This document shows, piece after piece, positions 1 through 12,279 of a DNA stretch of 64,000 nt. The stretch is taken from the NCBI RefSeq assembly GCF_009914755.1, contig NC_060933.1, one strand, 5' to 3'. Below the pieces are notes generated by a model, which did no database searches, was not told the origin of the DNA, and saw only the letters and a list, made by a program, of their open reading frames with translations. Position numbers and translations under genes: made by a program. Source of the DNA: the human T2T-CHM13v2.0 reference genome, Homo sapiens. Within the stretch, counting starts at the first letter, position 1. Each line of letters opens with the position of its first letter.

Positions 1-293
1 CTATACGTGTGTGTGTGTATGTATAAATATTTTATCCATAATATGTTTAATCAATAAAAAGCAAATGAGCTCAACACAAATATATGTGAATATATTTTTG
101 CATATATTTATATGAAAACAAGAAACAAGTATGTATGCAAAAATACAAAACAGGCTATCAAAAGTTGGGTACAAGAAGCATCTAAGCTTGTAAGTCATTC
201 AGATAGGGAATAAATAAATTTACTTTTACATGCATTTATATATGCTTATCTATGCATATAGGAATAAAACATACATAGTAATATCTGTGTATG

Positions 294-1134
294 TAGGCAG
301 TCCTGTATATTACTATAGAGCGGGACCATAAAAATAACCGTAAAAACTTAAGTCATGTAAAGGGATCTTGATAATCAATGAGAAAAATTATAATTGTTTC
401 GTGGTCTTTAAAAATTATTTTCCAAGACATTAAAAACACTCTTATTGGTAGTTATGAATATATATGAAAATTAAAAATTAGTGCAACTGACATTTATTTT
501 ATACAATGTTAATTAAAACATTAGAAACATTTATGAATTATTTCCTTATTAAAACTGATTAAGAATAGTTTGAAGAGCTCTTGTTTTCTTCTCATTGTTT
601 AACTTGTGATAAGAAGTGAATATCTTTATATACTTTGGTGAATTATGGTATCCTTTTATAATTTGGATCAACTTCCAACATGTTATTCTTTGCACTTTAA
701 ATGTGATTTGATATCTCCAAGAATGATTCTAATGTGAAATTTTCTGTTGATATGACTTCTTCTGTAACATCTTTATCCTTTTCCACATATGCACTTTCTC
801 ATTTATATGTTCCACTAGATTTATTTAGCAACATATCCACAGTGTCTTAAACTATGGGAGTGTCAATATTTCCGTGGTTTCCTATTTCATCAATTAACTC
901 TACTTACATCAATTCCAATTTTACTTCTGGTGTTATCACTTTTTGTTTTATTGCTGTGCTTGTATCCTTGTTGGCTAATTTCCTGTTTGGAGTAACTTCT
1001 TATAAAATGTCATGTGACCTTATTACTGGATGCAAAAAGGCAGCATGACTATGTGGTTTGCTGCTGTTGTGTGAACTGAATAAAATGTGCGCAGTAACCA
1101 ATAACTGACAGACTTGAAAGAAATAACCTGATTT
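294..1134. mobile_element. Ancient Tigger-family (TcMar) DNA transposon, left part; interrupted by an L1
   Basis: TIR-like start taggcagtcct at 294; internal gcgggaccataaaaataaccg...gatcttgataatcaatgagaaaaatt resembles old Tigger non-autonomous consensus; element resumes after 6490. Confidence 0.7.
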
Positions 1135-1295
1135 TTTTTTTTGCGCAGAGGTGGGTTTTGGTCTCTCTCTAGTTGGCCCTGCCACTGCCAGCTGCAACTG
1201 CATTCCTGATTGCCTAGAAAGAAGATCCTTTGAAATCTGACATCTGTATCCAGACAGCAACATAATGATTCTGTAGCCAAGTTAGAAATAAGAAT

Positions 1296-1427
1296 GGCTC
1301 TTGCACCTGCTCTCACCATGTAAAACGCCTGCTTCCCCATCACTTTTCAGCATGACTATAATCTCTCTAAAGTCCTCACCACAAGCAGATACGAGCACTA
1401 TACTTTTTGTGCCATCTGAAGAACTGA
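1296..1427 (+). mobile_element. MST-family MaLR LTR fragment (inside the L1 TSD interval)
   Basis: ctcttgcacctgctctcaccatgtaaaacgcctgcttccccatcac...agcagatacgagcactatac...tgaagaact matches the MST mid-LTR segment. Confidence 0.7.
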
Positions 1428-3060
1428 TTCCGGAACCTAAATGCTTAAACACCAACTGTTTGGTCTGGTTATAAGAAAGTGGGTAAATTTTATACTCAAA
1501 AATTTTAGAAATTATCGAGTTTAGAGAGCGTATGGAGAGTTGATGCTGAAGCCAAAGTTGAAGAGAGAGGAATTTGGCAACACTGCACAGAGTGCTTAAA
1601 GGTTAGGGCTAGTTCCCACCCTCAAATGGCTCCTGGGAACGGCAGCATGGCTATGAATGCCAGGGAGTATCAAAGAGCCATGAGGTTGGGTATTTGCCTA
1701 GCTACTTACTGGCCATTAGTCTTAATCATCATCTGCTACTAAATCACATCCCACAATACAACACCAAAAATTATCCTCTTAACATATACACCTGTGAAAC
1801 GAAGTGCAAAAATTCACCCACACATCAAGATCCTGTAAAGAGCTCAGGCCCCTTGAAAGCATCCAGAAATGAAGCTAACTGACTATACTTAACTCACACC
1901 ACCGTTAAAGGAATATCAACCCTCCTAGATGAGACAGAAATTAGTGCAAGAACTCTGGCCATCCAAAAAACCGGAGTATTCTCTTACCTCCAAAAAAGCC
2001 CACTTGCACCCCCACCCCCAACACTGGTTTTTTAAGGAGTCTGAAGTGACAGAAAACACAGATATAGAATTCAGAATTTTAATGGTGAAGAGGCTAGTCT
2101 AGATTCAGGAGAAGGATAAAACTCAATGCAAGGAATCTAGCAGAACAATTTAACAGCTGAAAGACAAAATAGCCATTCTAGGAAAGAACAAAACAGAAAT
2201 TCTAAAGCTGAAAAATTCACTACAAGATCTTATAATACAATCAGGAGTATTAACAGCAGAATAGACCAAGCAGATGAAATAATCTCAGAGCTCGAAAACC
2301 ATATCTTCAAATCAACCCAGACAGGCAAAAATAAAAAAAGAGAATTTTTAAAAATGAACAAAACCTCTGAGAAATATGGGATTATGTATAGAGACCAAAT
2401 CTATGATTTACTGGCCTTTCTGAGACAGAAGGAGACAAGACTTGGAAACTGTATTTGATGATGTAGTCCATAAAAAATTTCCTAATCTCACTAGAGATTT
2501 TCATGTGTAAATCAAATAAATACAGAGAACCCTGCCTAGATACTATATAAGATGACCATGCTCAAGACACATAGTTATCAGATTCACTGAGGTCAATACA
2601 AAAGGAAAAATCTTAAAGGTAGCCAGAGAAAAGTGTCAAGTCACATACAAAGGGAAGCCCATAAGGATAGCACCAGACCTATCATCAGAAACTTAAATGC
2701 CAGCAGAGATTGGGGGCGGGGGGGCTTCAGTATTCTTAAAGAAAAGAAATTCAAATGAATAATTTAATATTCCACCAAACTAAGCTTCATAAGTGAAGGA
2801 AAATGAAGTCTGTCTCAGAAAAGGAAATGCTGAGGGAATTCGCTTCAAGTAGACCAGTCTTACAAGAGGTCCTGAAGGGAGTGCTAAACATGGAACTGAA
2901 AGAATGACACCTGCTACCACAAAAACACACTTAAGCACATAGTCCATAAGCACTGTAAAACAACTACACAATCAAATCCTCATAACAACCAGCTAACAGC
3001 AAGATGACAGTATCAAAAGCTCTCATATCAATATTAACCCTAAATGTAAATGGGCTGAAT

Positions 3061-3810
3061 GGCTGGATTCGGTTTGCTAGTGTTTCGTAGAGAATTTTTG
3101 CAACTAAGTTCATCAGGGATATTGTTGTGTCTCTGCCAGCTTTTGGTGTTAAGAAGATGCTGGCTTCATAGAATGAGTAAGGGAGGAGTTCTTCCTGGAT
3201 TTTTTGAATAGTTTCAGTAAGATGGATACCAGTTCTTTGTACATCTGGTAGAATTTGGCTGTGCATTCAACCAAATTCTAGTAGAATTTGGCTGTGAGCA
3301 TTTTTTTTTTCTTGGTAGGTTTGTTATTACTCACTCAACTTCAGAGCTAGATATTCATCTATTCAGGGTTTCAATATCTTCCTGATTCCATCATGGAGAA
3401 TTATGTGTTTCCAGGAATTTATCCCTTTCCTTTTGATATTCTAAATTGTGTCCATAGAGTTGTTCATACTATTCTTTGACGATCTTTTGTATTCTTTGAC
3501 GATCTTTTGTATTCTTTGGGATCTGTTGTAATGTCATCTTTTTCTATTTCTGATTGTGCTTATTTGAATCCTCCCTTTTTTCCCTTTGTTAATCTAGCTA
3601 GTGGTCTATCAATACTGTTTATTTTTTTCAAATAATCAACTCTTGATTTCATTGAACTCTTTTATGAATTTCTGCATCTCAATTTCTTTTATTTCTTCTT
3701 TAATTTTAATTTTTTTCTGTTAGCTTTGGGGTTAGTTTCCTCTATTTTTTCCTAGTTCCATTAAGTGCAAAGTTATATTGATAACTTCAAATTATTCTAA
3801 CTTCTTGATG
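3061..3810 (-). mobile_element. Inverted internal segment of L1 ORF2
   Basis: Reverse-strand ORF 2964-3266 is ORF2-like ([26 protein letters not shown]); its reverse complement ends ctagcaaaccgaatccagc, which continues on + strand at ~3826 tagcagcacatagaaaag. Confidence 0.9.
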
Positions 3811-5562
3811 GTGTTTGTAACTATCTAGCAGCACATAGAAAAGTTAATACACTGTGACCAAGTAGGCTTTATCTCTGGGATGCAAGGTTGTTCATCATAT
3901 ACAAGTCAAGAAATGTTATTCACCACATAAACAGAATTGAAAGCAAAATACATGATTATCTCAATATATGTATAAAAATCTTTTGATAAAATTCAACATC
4001 CCTTCATGATAAAAAGCCTCAAGAAACTAGGCATCAAAAAACATACCTCAAAATAATAAGAACTATCCATGCCAAACCCGCAGCCAACATCACACTAAAC
4101 AGGCAAAAGCTGGAACCATTCCCCTTGAGGATTAGAATATGAGAGGTATGCCCACTCTCACCAGCCCTATTCAAAATAATACTGGAAGTTCCAGCCAGAG
4201 CAATCAGGCAATAAAAATAAATAAAAGGGACCAAAATAGGAAAAAAAAAAGATATCAAACTATCTCTCTTTGTCGATGATATGATTCTATAGACAGGAAA
4301 CCCTAAAGACTACACCAAAAAGACTACTAGAACAGGTAAACAATTTTAGTAATGTTTCAGAATACAAAATCAATGTTCAAATGTCAGTAGCATTTCTATA
4401 CAATAATAACATCCAGGCTGAGAGTCAAAGCAAAAACACAATTCCACTTGCAATAGCCACAAAAAATAAAAGATATACTTAGGAAGACAGCTAACTAAGA
4501 AGGTGAAATGTCTCTACAAGTAGAACTACAAAGCACTGCTGAAATAAATCAGAGATGATGCAAATAAATAAAAAAAACATTCTATGCTTATGGATTGGAA
4601 GAATCAATATCATTAAAATGGCCATCCTGCCAAAGCAACTTATAGATTCAACACAATTTCTATCAAAATACCAACATCATTCTTCACAGAATTAGAAAAA
4701 TAATCTAACATTCATATAGGACCAAAAAAAGATCCCAAATATACAAAACAATCCTAAGCAAACAAACAAACAAAAAACAAACTTGGTAGCATCACACTAC
4801 CTGACTTCAAACTTTACAAGAAGATGACAGGAATGAAATCAGCATGACACTGGTACAAAAACAGACAAAAAGACCAATGGAATAGAACAGAAACTCAGAA
4901 ATAAAGGTGCACACCTACAACCATCTTATTTTTGACAAGACTGACAAAAATAAGCAAAGGGGAAAAGGCTCTCTATTCAATAAATGGTGCTGGGATAATT
5001 GGCTAGCCATATGCAGAAGATCAAAGCTGGACCCATATCTTTTACTATATACAAAAATTAACTCAAAATGTATTAAAGATGTAAATGGAAGACCTCAATC
5101 TATAACAAGTCCTAGAAGAAAATTAGGAAATATCCTTCTCAACATCAGCATTGGAAAATAATTTTTGGCTAAATCCCCAAAAGCAATTGCATCAAAAACA
5201 AAAATTGACAAGTGGAACCTAATTAAGCAAATGGGCTTCTGCACAGCAAAAGAAACTATCAATAGAGTAAACAGACAACCAACAAAATGGGAGAAATATT
5301 TGCAAACTATGTATCCCACATAGGTCTAAACATAGGTCTAATATTTAGAATCTACAAGGAACTTAACAAGTAAAAACAACTCCATTATAACATTGGCAAA
5401 AGACATGAACAAGCAATTCTTGAAAGGACATTCAAGCAGCAAACAATCATATGAAAAAGTGCTCATCATCTTTAATCATCAAAGAAATCCAAATAAAAAC
5501 TACAATGAGATACCATCTCACATCAGTTAGAATGGCTATTAATAAAAAGTCAATGATAACAA

Positions 5563-5854
5563 GGCTGGGCGTGGTGGAACACAACTGTAATCCTAGCAGT
5601 TTGGGAGGCCAAGGCATGTAGATCACTTGAGGCCACGAGTTTGAGACCAGACTGGCCAACACGATGAAACCCCATGTCTACCAAAAATACAAAACTTAGC
5701 TGGGCATGGTGGCACACACCTGTAACCCCAGTTACTCAGGAGGCTGAGGCAGGAGAATCGCTTGAACCCGGGAAGTGGAGGTTTCAGTGAGCCGAGATGG
5801 TGCCCCTGCACTCCAGCCTGGATGACAGAGCAAGATGCTGAAAAAAAAAAAAAA
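5563..5854 (+). mobile_element. Alu (S/J grade) inserted in the L1
   Basis: Dimeric Alu with poly(A); TSD aaaagtcaatgataac / aaaagtaaatgataat. Confidence 0.97.
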
Positions 5855-6490
5855 GTAAATGATAATAGATGCTGGTGAGGCTGCAGAGAAAAGAAAACAC
5901 TTATGCACTGTTAGTGGGAATGTAAACTAGTTCAGCCACCGTGGAAAACAGTTTGGAGATTTCTCAAAGAATTTAAAACAGAGCTATGATTCAACCCAGC
6001 AATCCCACTATTTAATATATATCCAAAGGAAAATATATTATTATTATACCAAAAAGACATAGCTACTTGTATGTTCATTCACAGTAGCAAAGACATGGTA
6101 TCAATATAGTTGCCCATTTATGGTGGACTGCATAACGAAAATGTGGTACATATACACCATGGGTTACTATGCAGCCATAAAAAGTATGAATTCATGTTCT
6201 TTGCAGCAATATAGATGAACTGGAGACCATAATCATAAGTTAATTAATGCAGGAAAAGAAAACAAAATGCCACAGGTTCTCATTTATAAGTGAGAACTAA
6301 ACACTGAGTACACATAGACATAAGCATGGGACAACAGACATCGTGGACTACTAGAGTGGAGAGGGAGGGTGGTGTGGGCTTAAAAACTACCTACTGGGTA
6401 CTATGCTCACTACCTATGTGCAGTATACTCATGTGAGAAAGCTGCAGTTGTACAATCTGTATTTAAAATAAAAGATGAAATTTCTTAAAA

Positions 6491-6663
6491 AAGAAGTAAG
6501 ATGATTTTTTTTTTACTGATCATGGTGCACATATGTCATTTGCATGGTTATTTCTAATATTAGAAAGAAGAGCTAGCAGTGAAGCTTGTACTTATACTGC
6601 ACAGTTAATATACCATTATGTCTAAACTTGTACTCATCCAAGCCATGCCAAGAGGACAACTTG
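6491..6663. mobile_element. Tigger-family transposon, right part
   Basis: actgatcatggtgcacat...gaagagctagcagtgaagcttgtactt...acagttaatatacc and terminal aggacaacttg, a degenerate inverted copy of the left TIR. Confidence 0.65.
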
Positions 6664-6814
6664 TCTATTATGTGTATTTATAAAGGTATGAATAAATTCC
6701 ATTGTTTTCTTTGTTACAACAACCATGTGTTTATCATTTTAATTTGGAAAATTTCAAATGAGTTACTGTGTAACAAAAATGAGGCGTATTATTTGCATGT
6801 GTAAGAGATACTGA

Positions 6815-7257
6815 AGATATTGCCCGTTTCGTCTCATAATTCACCTCTATCTATCCATGGTGCCAATTACAAACACCTGAGACTCTCTGCCTAAGGATTT
6901 TTTTTCTTCCTTGTTGTGGGTACACTAAGCCAGAGCAGTTAATCTGAAAGGGCAGGAACGTTAAATCTTTGGAAGTAGCCCTCAACCAGTGATGGAAGAA
7001 AAGTTGTCAGATACGCACAAACTTCTTGCTCTTCATTTGTCCTAACTCCAGGGAATGTTCTTTACTGTCTCTCAAAATATTGAAGAGGGATTTCCTTCTG
7101 CTTCTCTGGTGGTAATTTGCTTAGTAATCACATTTTATTGACTTCCTTTCTGGCCTTGTCTCATGTGTCCGTATTCTACCAGTGTTTTCTGAAAATAAAT
7201 ATATAACTTTCATTCTCATCCTTGAGGATGTCCTTCTGGAGAAACGCAAAATAAAGA
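6815..7257 (+). mobile_element. LTR16-family (ERVL) solo LTR
   Basis: gtagccctcaaccagtga...gtggtaatttgcttagtaatcacattttattgacttcctt...aaataaa...ccttctggagaaacgcaaaataaaga resembles LTR16 consensus. Confidence 0.7.
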
Positions 7258-8291
7258 AGTAAAAACAAAAGAAATTAATTCTGAGTAATTTCAGGAAAAA
7301 TGCAAAATATGCCAAAAAATCATACCAAATACCAAAAAAGTATAATGATAAAATACTGGTTTCATAAAAAATATTTGTAAGTGCATTTGTTCTTTGTTCA
7401 GATTCACACATACAGACATCTCTTCTCCAGGTTGTGAGGAGTAGAGCATTATCACTCAAAGAGAAGTAAGTTCATTACTATAAAAGATCTTCAGTTGGAA
7501 GTTGACAAGTACAGGAAATTCTGTTAAAGTATTTGACTATTTCAAAATTCAGAAAAGGTAGAAACAAGGAAGGTTTAGGGAACTCAGCAAAAAGGCAAGT
7601 TTATACTTTTGTCCTAGAATATCCTCCAGACAATATTGTGAATAAGTTATACCATGAGAATATAAGTTATTTGAATTCACATACAGTAATGAATAAAACC
7701 CTTGATATTTGTCTCCAAATTAGGACATCCTCATCTATGATTTTTATTTTTACTCATTTTTAATGAATTATGGATGGGGAAAACACTTTCAAGGCATTTT
7801 TAGCTTGAATGTATTATTCTGTTTCTTGTGAGCAATCTTCAGTAATTCTGTATCACAGAACTCACAACAAGCATGGAATTAAATTGCTTCCATGAAAAAC
7901 ATCTTGAATTTGGTGTGTTGTTTCTTTGATTGGAGATACATGTTGACTATCACTATCTACAGAAATGTGCAATTTAATCATAGATTTCACTGTGTGAAGA
8001 AGAACTGAAACTCTGAGTAATGGGGCAGAACGCATTTCCAAAAGATTATTTAGGTTTAAAATTTTCTTGAGAGAAATCAGGTTGCAACTTTTAAAACCTA
8101 CAACCTCATGTTTTTTCATTATGAAATTGGAAAGAGTGCTGACAATTTGAAACTAACTTTTGGGATTTGTTTTATTCCATGAAGAATAGCATAAAAATGT
8201 AGGAGAAAACACAATCTATTATTGGTTGACAATGACAATTAGAAAGGAGAGACAGGCGTAACTGAAATACTGAAATAAACATATTATGGAA

Positions 8292-8718
8292 TGCATTAGT
8301 CCATTCTCACATTGCTATAAATAAATATCTGAGACTGGGTAATTTATAAGAAAAGAGTTTTAATTGGCTCATGATTCTGCAGGCTTACAGGATGCATGAT
8401 ACTGGCATCTGCCTGGCTTCTGTGGAGGCCTCAGGAAACTTACAATCATGGCAGAAGGTGAAGGGGAAGCAGGAACATCACAAGACAAAAGGAGGAACGA
8501 GAGAGAACAATATTGGAAGTGCTACAAACTTTTTAATGACCAGATCTCAAGAGAACTCACTCATTATTGCAAGGACAATGCCAAGGGGAATGGTGCTAAA
8601 ACATTCATGAGAAATCTGCCCCTATGATCCAAATGCCACCCACCAGGCCCCAACTGCAACATTGGGAATTACATTTCAATATGAGATTTGGGCAGGGACA
8701 CACATCAAAACCATATCA
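8292..8718 (-). mobile_element. MSTA-like MaLR solo LTR
   Basis: tgcattagtccattctcacattgctataa...gaggcctcaggaaacttacaatcatggcagaaggtgaagg...aaccatatca; 5-bp TSD tggaa/tggag. Confidence 0.93.
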
Positions 8719-8729
8719 TGGAGATTTCT

Positions 8730-9430
8730 CATTTTCTCTAGGGCCCTGGTGATCAAATTTCTGTTCTATAGCATAACAATCGTGCTCACTCCTAAACATC
8801 TTGGTGCTCCCTTTCTCTGTTTACTATAAATACTGCCTGGGTAATATCACAGGGTAACCGAACTTCAAGTTTTTCTATTTGTTGATGTTTCTTAAAAACA
8901 AACAGACAAATACAACTCTGGGTGTTCTCTTTTCTTATGAACTTCAAATCAATAACTCCAAATGTCCAGTGGAATAGTTCTGCCTCCATATAATTAATCT
9001 TAAAGCACTCATGCTAAAATAGTTATTTTGGAGCCACTACCATGCCCTAACCTATCCTTTTCTTTTCTGATTCTTTTCTGGGTAGTAACAACTCCATGAA
9101 AACATTCATACAAGCAAGAAATAATTGAAAATCTAGACTTCAAACCTTTTTTTCTTACCCTTTTAAGAAATCCAACAATTTACAAATTCCTGTTGAGTTC
9201 ACTATCTGAGATTCTCTTGCATCTTTTTTCCTTTTCATCTGCACTACCATTTCTCTCTGAGGCTTTCGTCTCCTATCCCAGTTCATTACACCCTACAATT
9301 TACCCTCCATACTATCAACAGTATAACTTTTAAAAATGCAAATGTGATTGCTACACCTTGTTCTCACACTCTTCATTGTTTCTGCACCACCTACCTAACA
9401 AATCAAATGGTATCTCAGGCCTTTTCCACT
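8730..9430 (+). mobile_element. Degraded L2 fragment
   Basis: atccaacaatttacaaattcctgttgagttcac...ttttaaaaatgcaaatgtgattgctacacc resembles L2 3' region. Confidence 0.5.
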
Positions 9431-9844
9431 TGTATATCTGGTGATACAGAAAACAGGATATTTGGAAAAACTTTACATGTAAAAAAACATGAAATTATTG
9501 AAGCAATACTCTAGAGAACCATTTTTATAGAACCATCACTGTTCTGACAAGAGAGTAAGGCGCATTCTGTGAGACCATAAGCAAATTTAAACACATAGAT
9601 GTATTGAGTTAAATAGCAGCAAAGATGGAGCTGCCTTATGAACACTTACCAGTTCCTACTGACCTGCTCCTTCATTTATTTTGGCTACATAATGAACTAT
9701 AAACAAAACCTTGAAAATGAGCATGCAACTAAGTTCAACTTGGAAATGCCCCTTCCTAAATTAAGATTGAGCAATGATACAGTTCCCATCCTTTAGTAAT
9801 GTTGTGACAGAGAAATCCCCAAGCTAAAATGTTAAAATGACTAA

Positions 9845-9995
9845 AGAACAAAAAGCAGAAATAAAGAGGGAGGCAGGTAGGGAGAGAGAAAAAAAAAAAA
9901 GAGGGAGGGAAGAGGAGGAAAAGGAGAGGAAAGGAAGGATAAGAAACAAAGAAAGGAAGGAAAAAAGAAGGGAAAGAAAAAAGACAGAAAAATAA
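9845..9995. repeat. Purine-rich (GA) low-complexity tract
   Basis: Almost purely A/G sequence. Confidence 0.9.
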
Positions 9996-10029
9996 ATCCA
10001 CATCTAGATACATTGTCGTGAAGTCAAGT

Positions 10030-10442
10030 TGCTATGGTTTGAATGTGTCCCCTGCAAAATTCAGGTGTTGCCAATGTCATCTCATTAAAAGGTGAGATTT
10101 TCAGATGTGATTGGGCCATAAGGGATCCTTCATAGTTAATGGGATTAAGAGGCTCCATTCATCTATCAGATAGCTTGTTTTTTTGTCCTTCCACCTTCTG
10201 CCATGTGAGGACATAGCATTCTTTTTTCTCCAGAGGATGTGGCAAGAAGGCCTTCACTAAATATCAAATGCTGGCATCTTGATGTTGGACTTCCAGAACT
10301 ATGATTTCCAGAACTATGACTTCCAGAACTATGACAAATAAATTTCTGATTTTTATAAATTATCCAGTCTGTCATATTCTGTTATAGCAGTTCTGGAATT
10401 CCCAGTCTTTGGTATTCTACTATAGTAGCATAAAGAAAGACA
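10030..10442 (+). mobile_element. MSTD/MLT1A-like MaLR LTR with internal tandem duplications
   Basis: tgctatggtttgaatgtgtcccctgcaaaattcaggtgttgccaatg...ccatgtgaggacatagc...aataaatttctg; 15-bp unit ttccagaactatgac x3 at 10291-10335. Confidence 0.88.
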
Positions 10443-10629
10443 CAAATTAAAAAAAAATTACTAAAGCAACTAACAAGAAAGAATGTTTATAAAAGAGCCA
10501 AAAAAATCAAAATTGACCTTTTAAAACAGAAGGGTATAAAAAGTATCTTTAAATCTTTGAGGAAAATAATTATCTAGAAATAAGTATCAGAAAACAGAGA
10601 ATTTAACATGAATAGAATCTCACTAAAGA

Positions 10630-11230
10630 TGTTTTAGTTGTCTACTGATTCATAAACAGTTATCACAACTCAGGAGTTTAAAACAACCCCCATTTATTTT
10701 CTCATAGTATGCAGCTCAGAGAGCAGGTAAGCTCGATTGAGTTCTTTGTCAAGGTTTTCATCAGGCTGAAATCAACCTATCAACAGGGCTAAGCTTTATC
10801 TAATTATCTATTACCAAGCTCATTCTGTTATTAGCAAAATCCTGTCCTTGCTGTTGTCACATTATAGTTTCTGTTTTCTCTTGGTTAGGTAATGCTCTGA
10901 TCTCCAAGATGCTGTTCTCAAACCTTGCTCTATGGCCTCCTCAGCTCAAAGCCACCGACAAAGAACCTCTCCCACATCAAATCCCTCTCATATTTTAAAT
11001 CTGAGTTCCCCTTTTGCAACCAGTTAAATAAATCTCTCTGTTTCTAAAGGGCTCAAGGGATTATGTTAGGCCCACCCGGATAATCTCTGCTTCCTAATCT
11101 GTGCCATATAACATAATAGAAGCATGAACAATATATTTCATCATATTTACAAGTTTCATTCACATTCAGAGGCAATAGGATTATATAAGAGAGAGTATCA
11201 TTGAAAATCATTTTAGGATTCTGCCTACCA
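10630..11230 (-). mobile_element. MLT1 (D/E grade) MaLR LTR
   Basis: Starts tgttttagttgtctactg, ends cattttaggattctgcctacca (reverse complement of the MLT1 5' end). Confidence 0.8.
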
Positions 11231-11689
11231 TGAAAAGCTGTTTACAATTCGACTTAACAAAGTAGAAAAATTATTTACAAATGTATAATCAAAAGTGTAA
11301 GAAAGAATATTGAATAAATAAAATAGTAATCATGTGAGTAACTTTAAATAAAAACTAGCTAAATAAATTAATGATAATATTGCCTAATATTTGGGATTAA
11401 ATCAATTTAAAATAGTTGAAGCACTTATCTCTGGAGTAAAGCTGGAGTTAAATCATTCTAAATCTTTATATTGTTTAAGAATGGGGTAAAACCACTAATT
11501 TACTTCATACATATTTTTTAAATCCATGTTATGATTTTCAAAAAATCCACTAAAATATAAGAAGGTACATAACTAACAAAGAGAATGAGAAAATATAAAA
11601 AAATCATAATTTCAATTAATCAAAAAGTAGAAAGGAAGAAAAAAATTAGAAAAAGCTATACAAGTAGAAAGGACAAAGGAAGCTTATAA

Positions 11690-12275
11690 AAGTGAGTTTA
11701 TATAGTAATCAAACTGAATGTGACTGAAATGAACTCTCCAGTTAATACACAAAGATGATTAAACTGAATTAACAACAGAAAAGTGTCTGTTTGTTGTTTA
11801 TAAGAGCTAAGTATTAAACATCGGATAAAAGTCAAACGTAAAAGTATAAAATAGATATATCAGACAAAAGTAGCAAAAAGAAAGCTTGTGCTATGATATT
11901 AACATTTGATGAAACAGAGTTGAAGACAAAGCATTTCTAGAGACAAAGAGAAACATTGTATAATTATAAAAAGTTTAATTTTTGAGTAATATATAATGCA
12001 TCTAATAAATAGCTTCCAATTATATAAAGCAAAAAAAATGACTAAAATACAAGGAGAAAATAACAAATATGCCATGACATTGACCCAAGCTTAATCTACC
12101 ACTGTTAGCACTGAATAATCAAAGAAATGCAATACCTTATGAAAAGCACAATTAACAAGTTTTGTTTATTGAGCCCACCTAGATACTATAACCAACACCG
12201 GATAATGCATTTTGTCTTTTCTAAGCTATATGGACTATCAATACAAACTGCCAGTGTCCTGGCCATAATAAGCCA
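11690..12275 (+). mobile_element. Ancient L1M ORF2 (endonuclease) fragment
   Basis: gaactctccagttaatacacaaagatg...aagaaagcttgtgctatgatattaacatttgatgaaacagagttgaagacaaag...agagacaaagag. Confidence 0.7.
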
Positions 12276-12279
12276 TGGC

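Larger units (their letters stand above)
1430..6490 (+). mobile_element. Old near full-length L1 (L1PB/L1PA15-17 grade), rearranged: short 5'UTR, decayed ORF1 (from ~1929), ORF2 (ATG ~3004) with internal inversion, 3'UTR
   Basis: ORF1 start atgagacagaaattagtgcaagaactctggc; ORF2 start atgacagtatcaaaagctctcatatcaatattaaccctaaatgtaaatgggct; ORF2-like peptide 4907-5161 ([22 protein letters not shown]); 3'UTR aaactacctactgggtactatgctcactacc; degenerate TSD ~1117-1134 / ~6490-6507. Confidence 0.9.

Noticed and set aside
3471-3510. 20-bp tandem duplication (similar small duplications at ~5318, ~13190, ~19245, ~29883, ~34848)
   Set aside because: Ordinary slippage duplications with no sign of function.
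10291-10335. 15-bp repeat array as CRISPR-like
   Set aside because: Head-to-tail tandem copies without spacers, inside a MaLR LTR in eukaryotic DNA.
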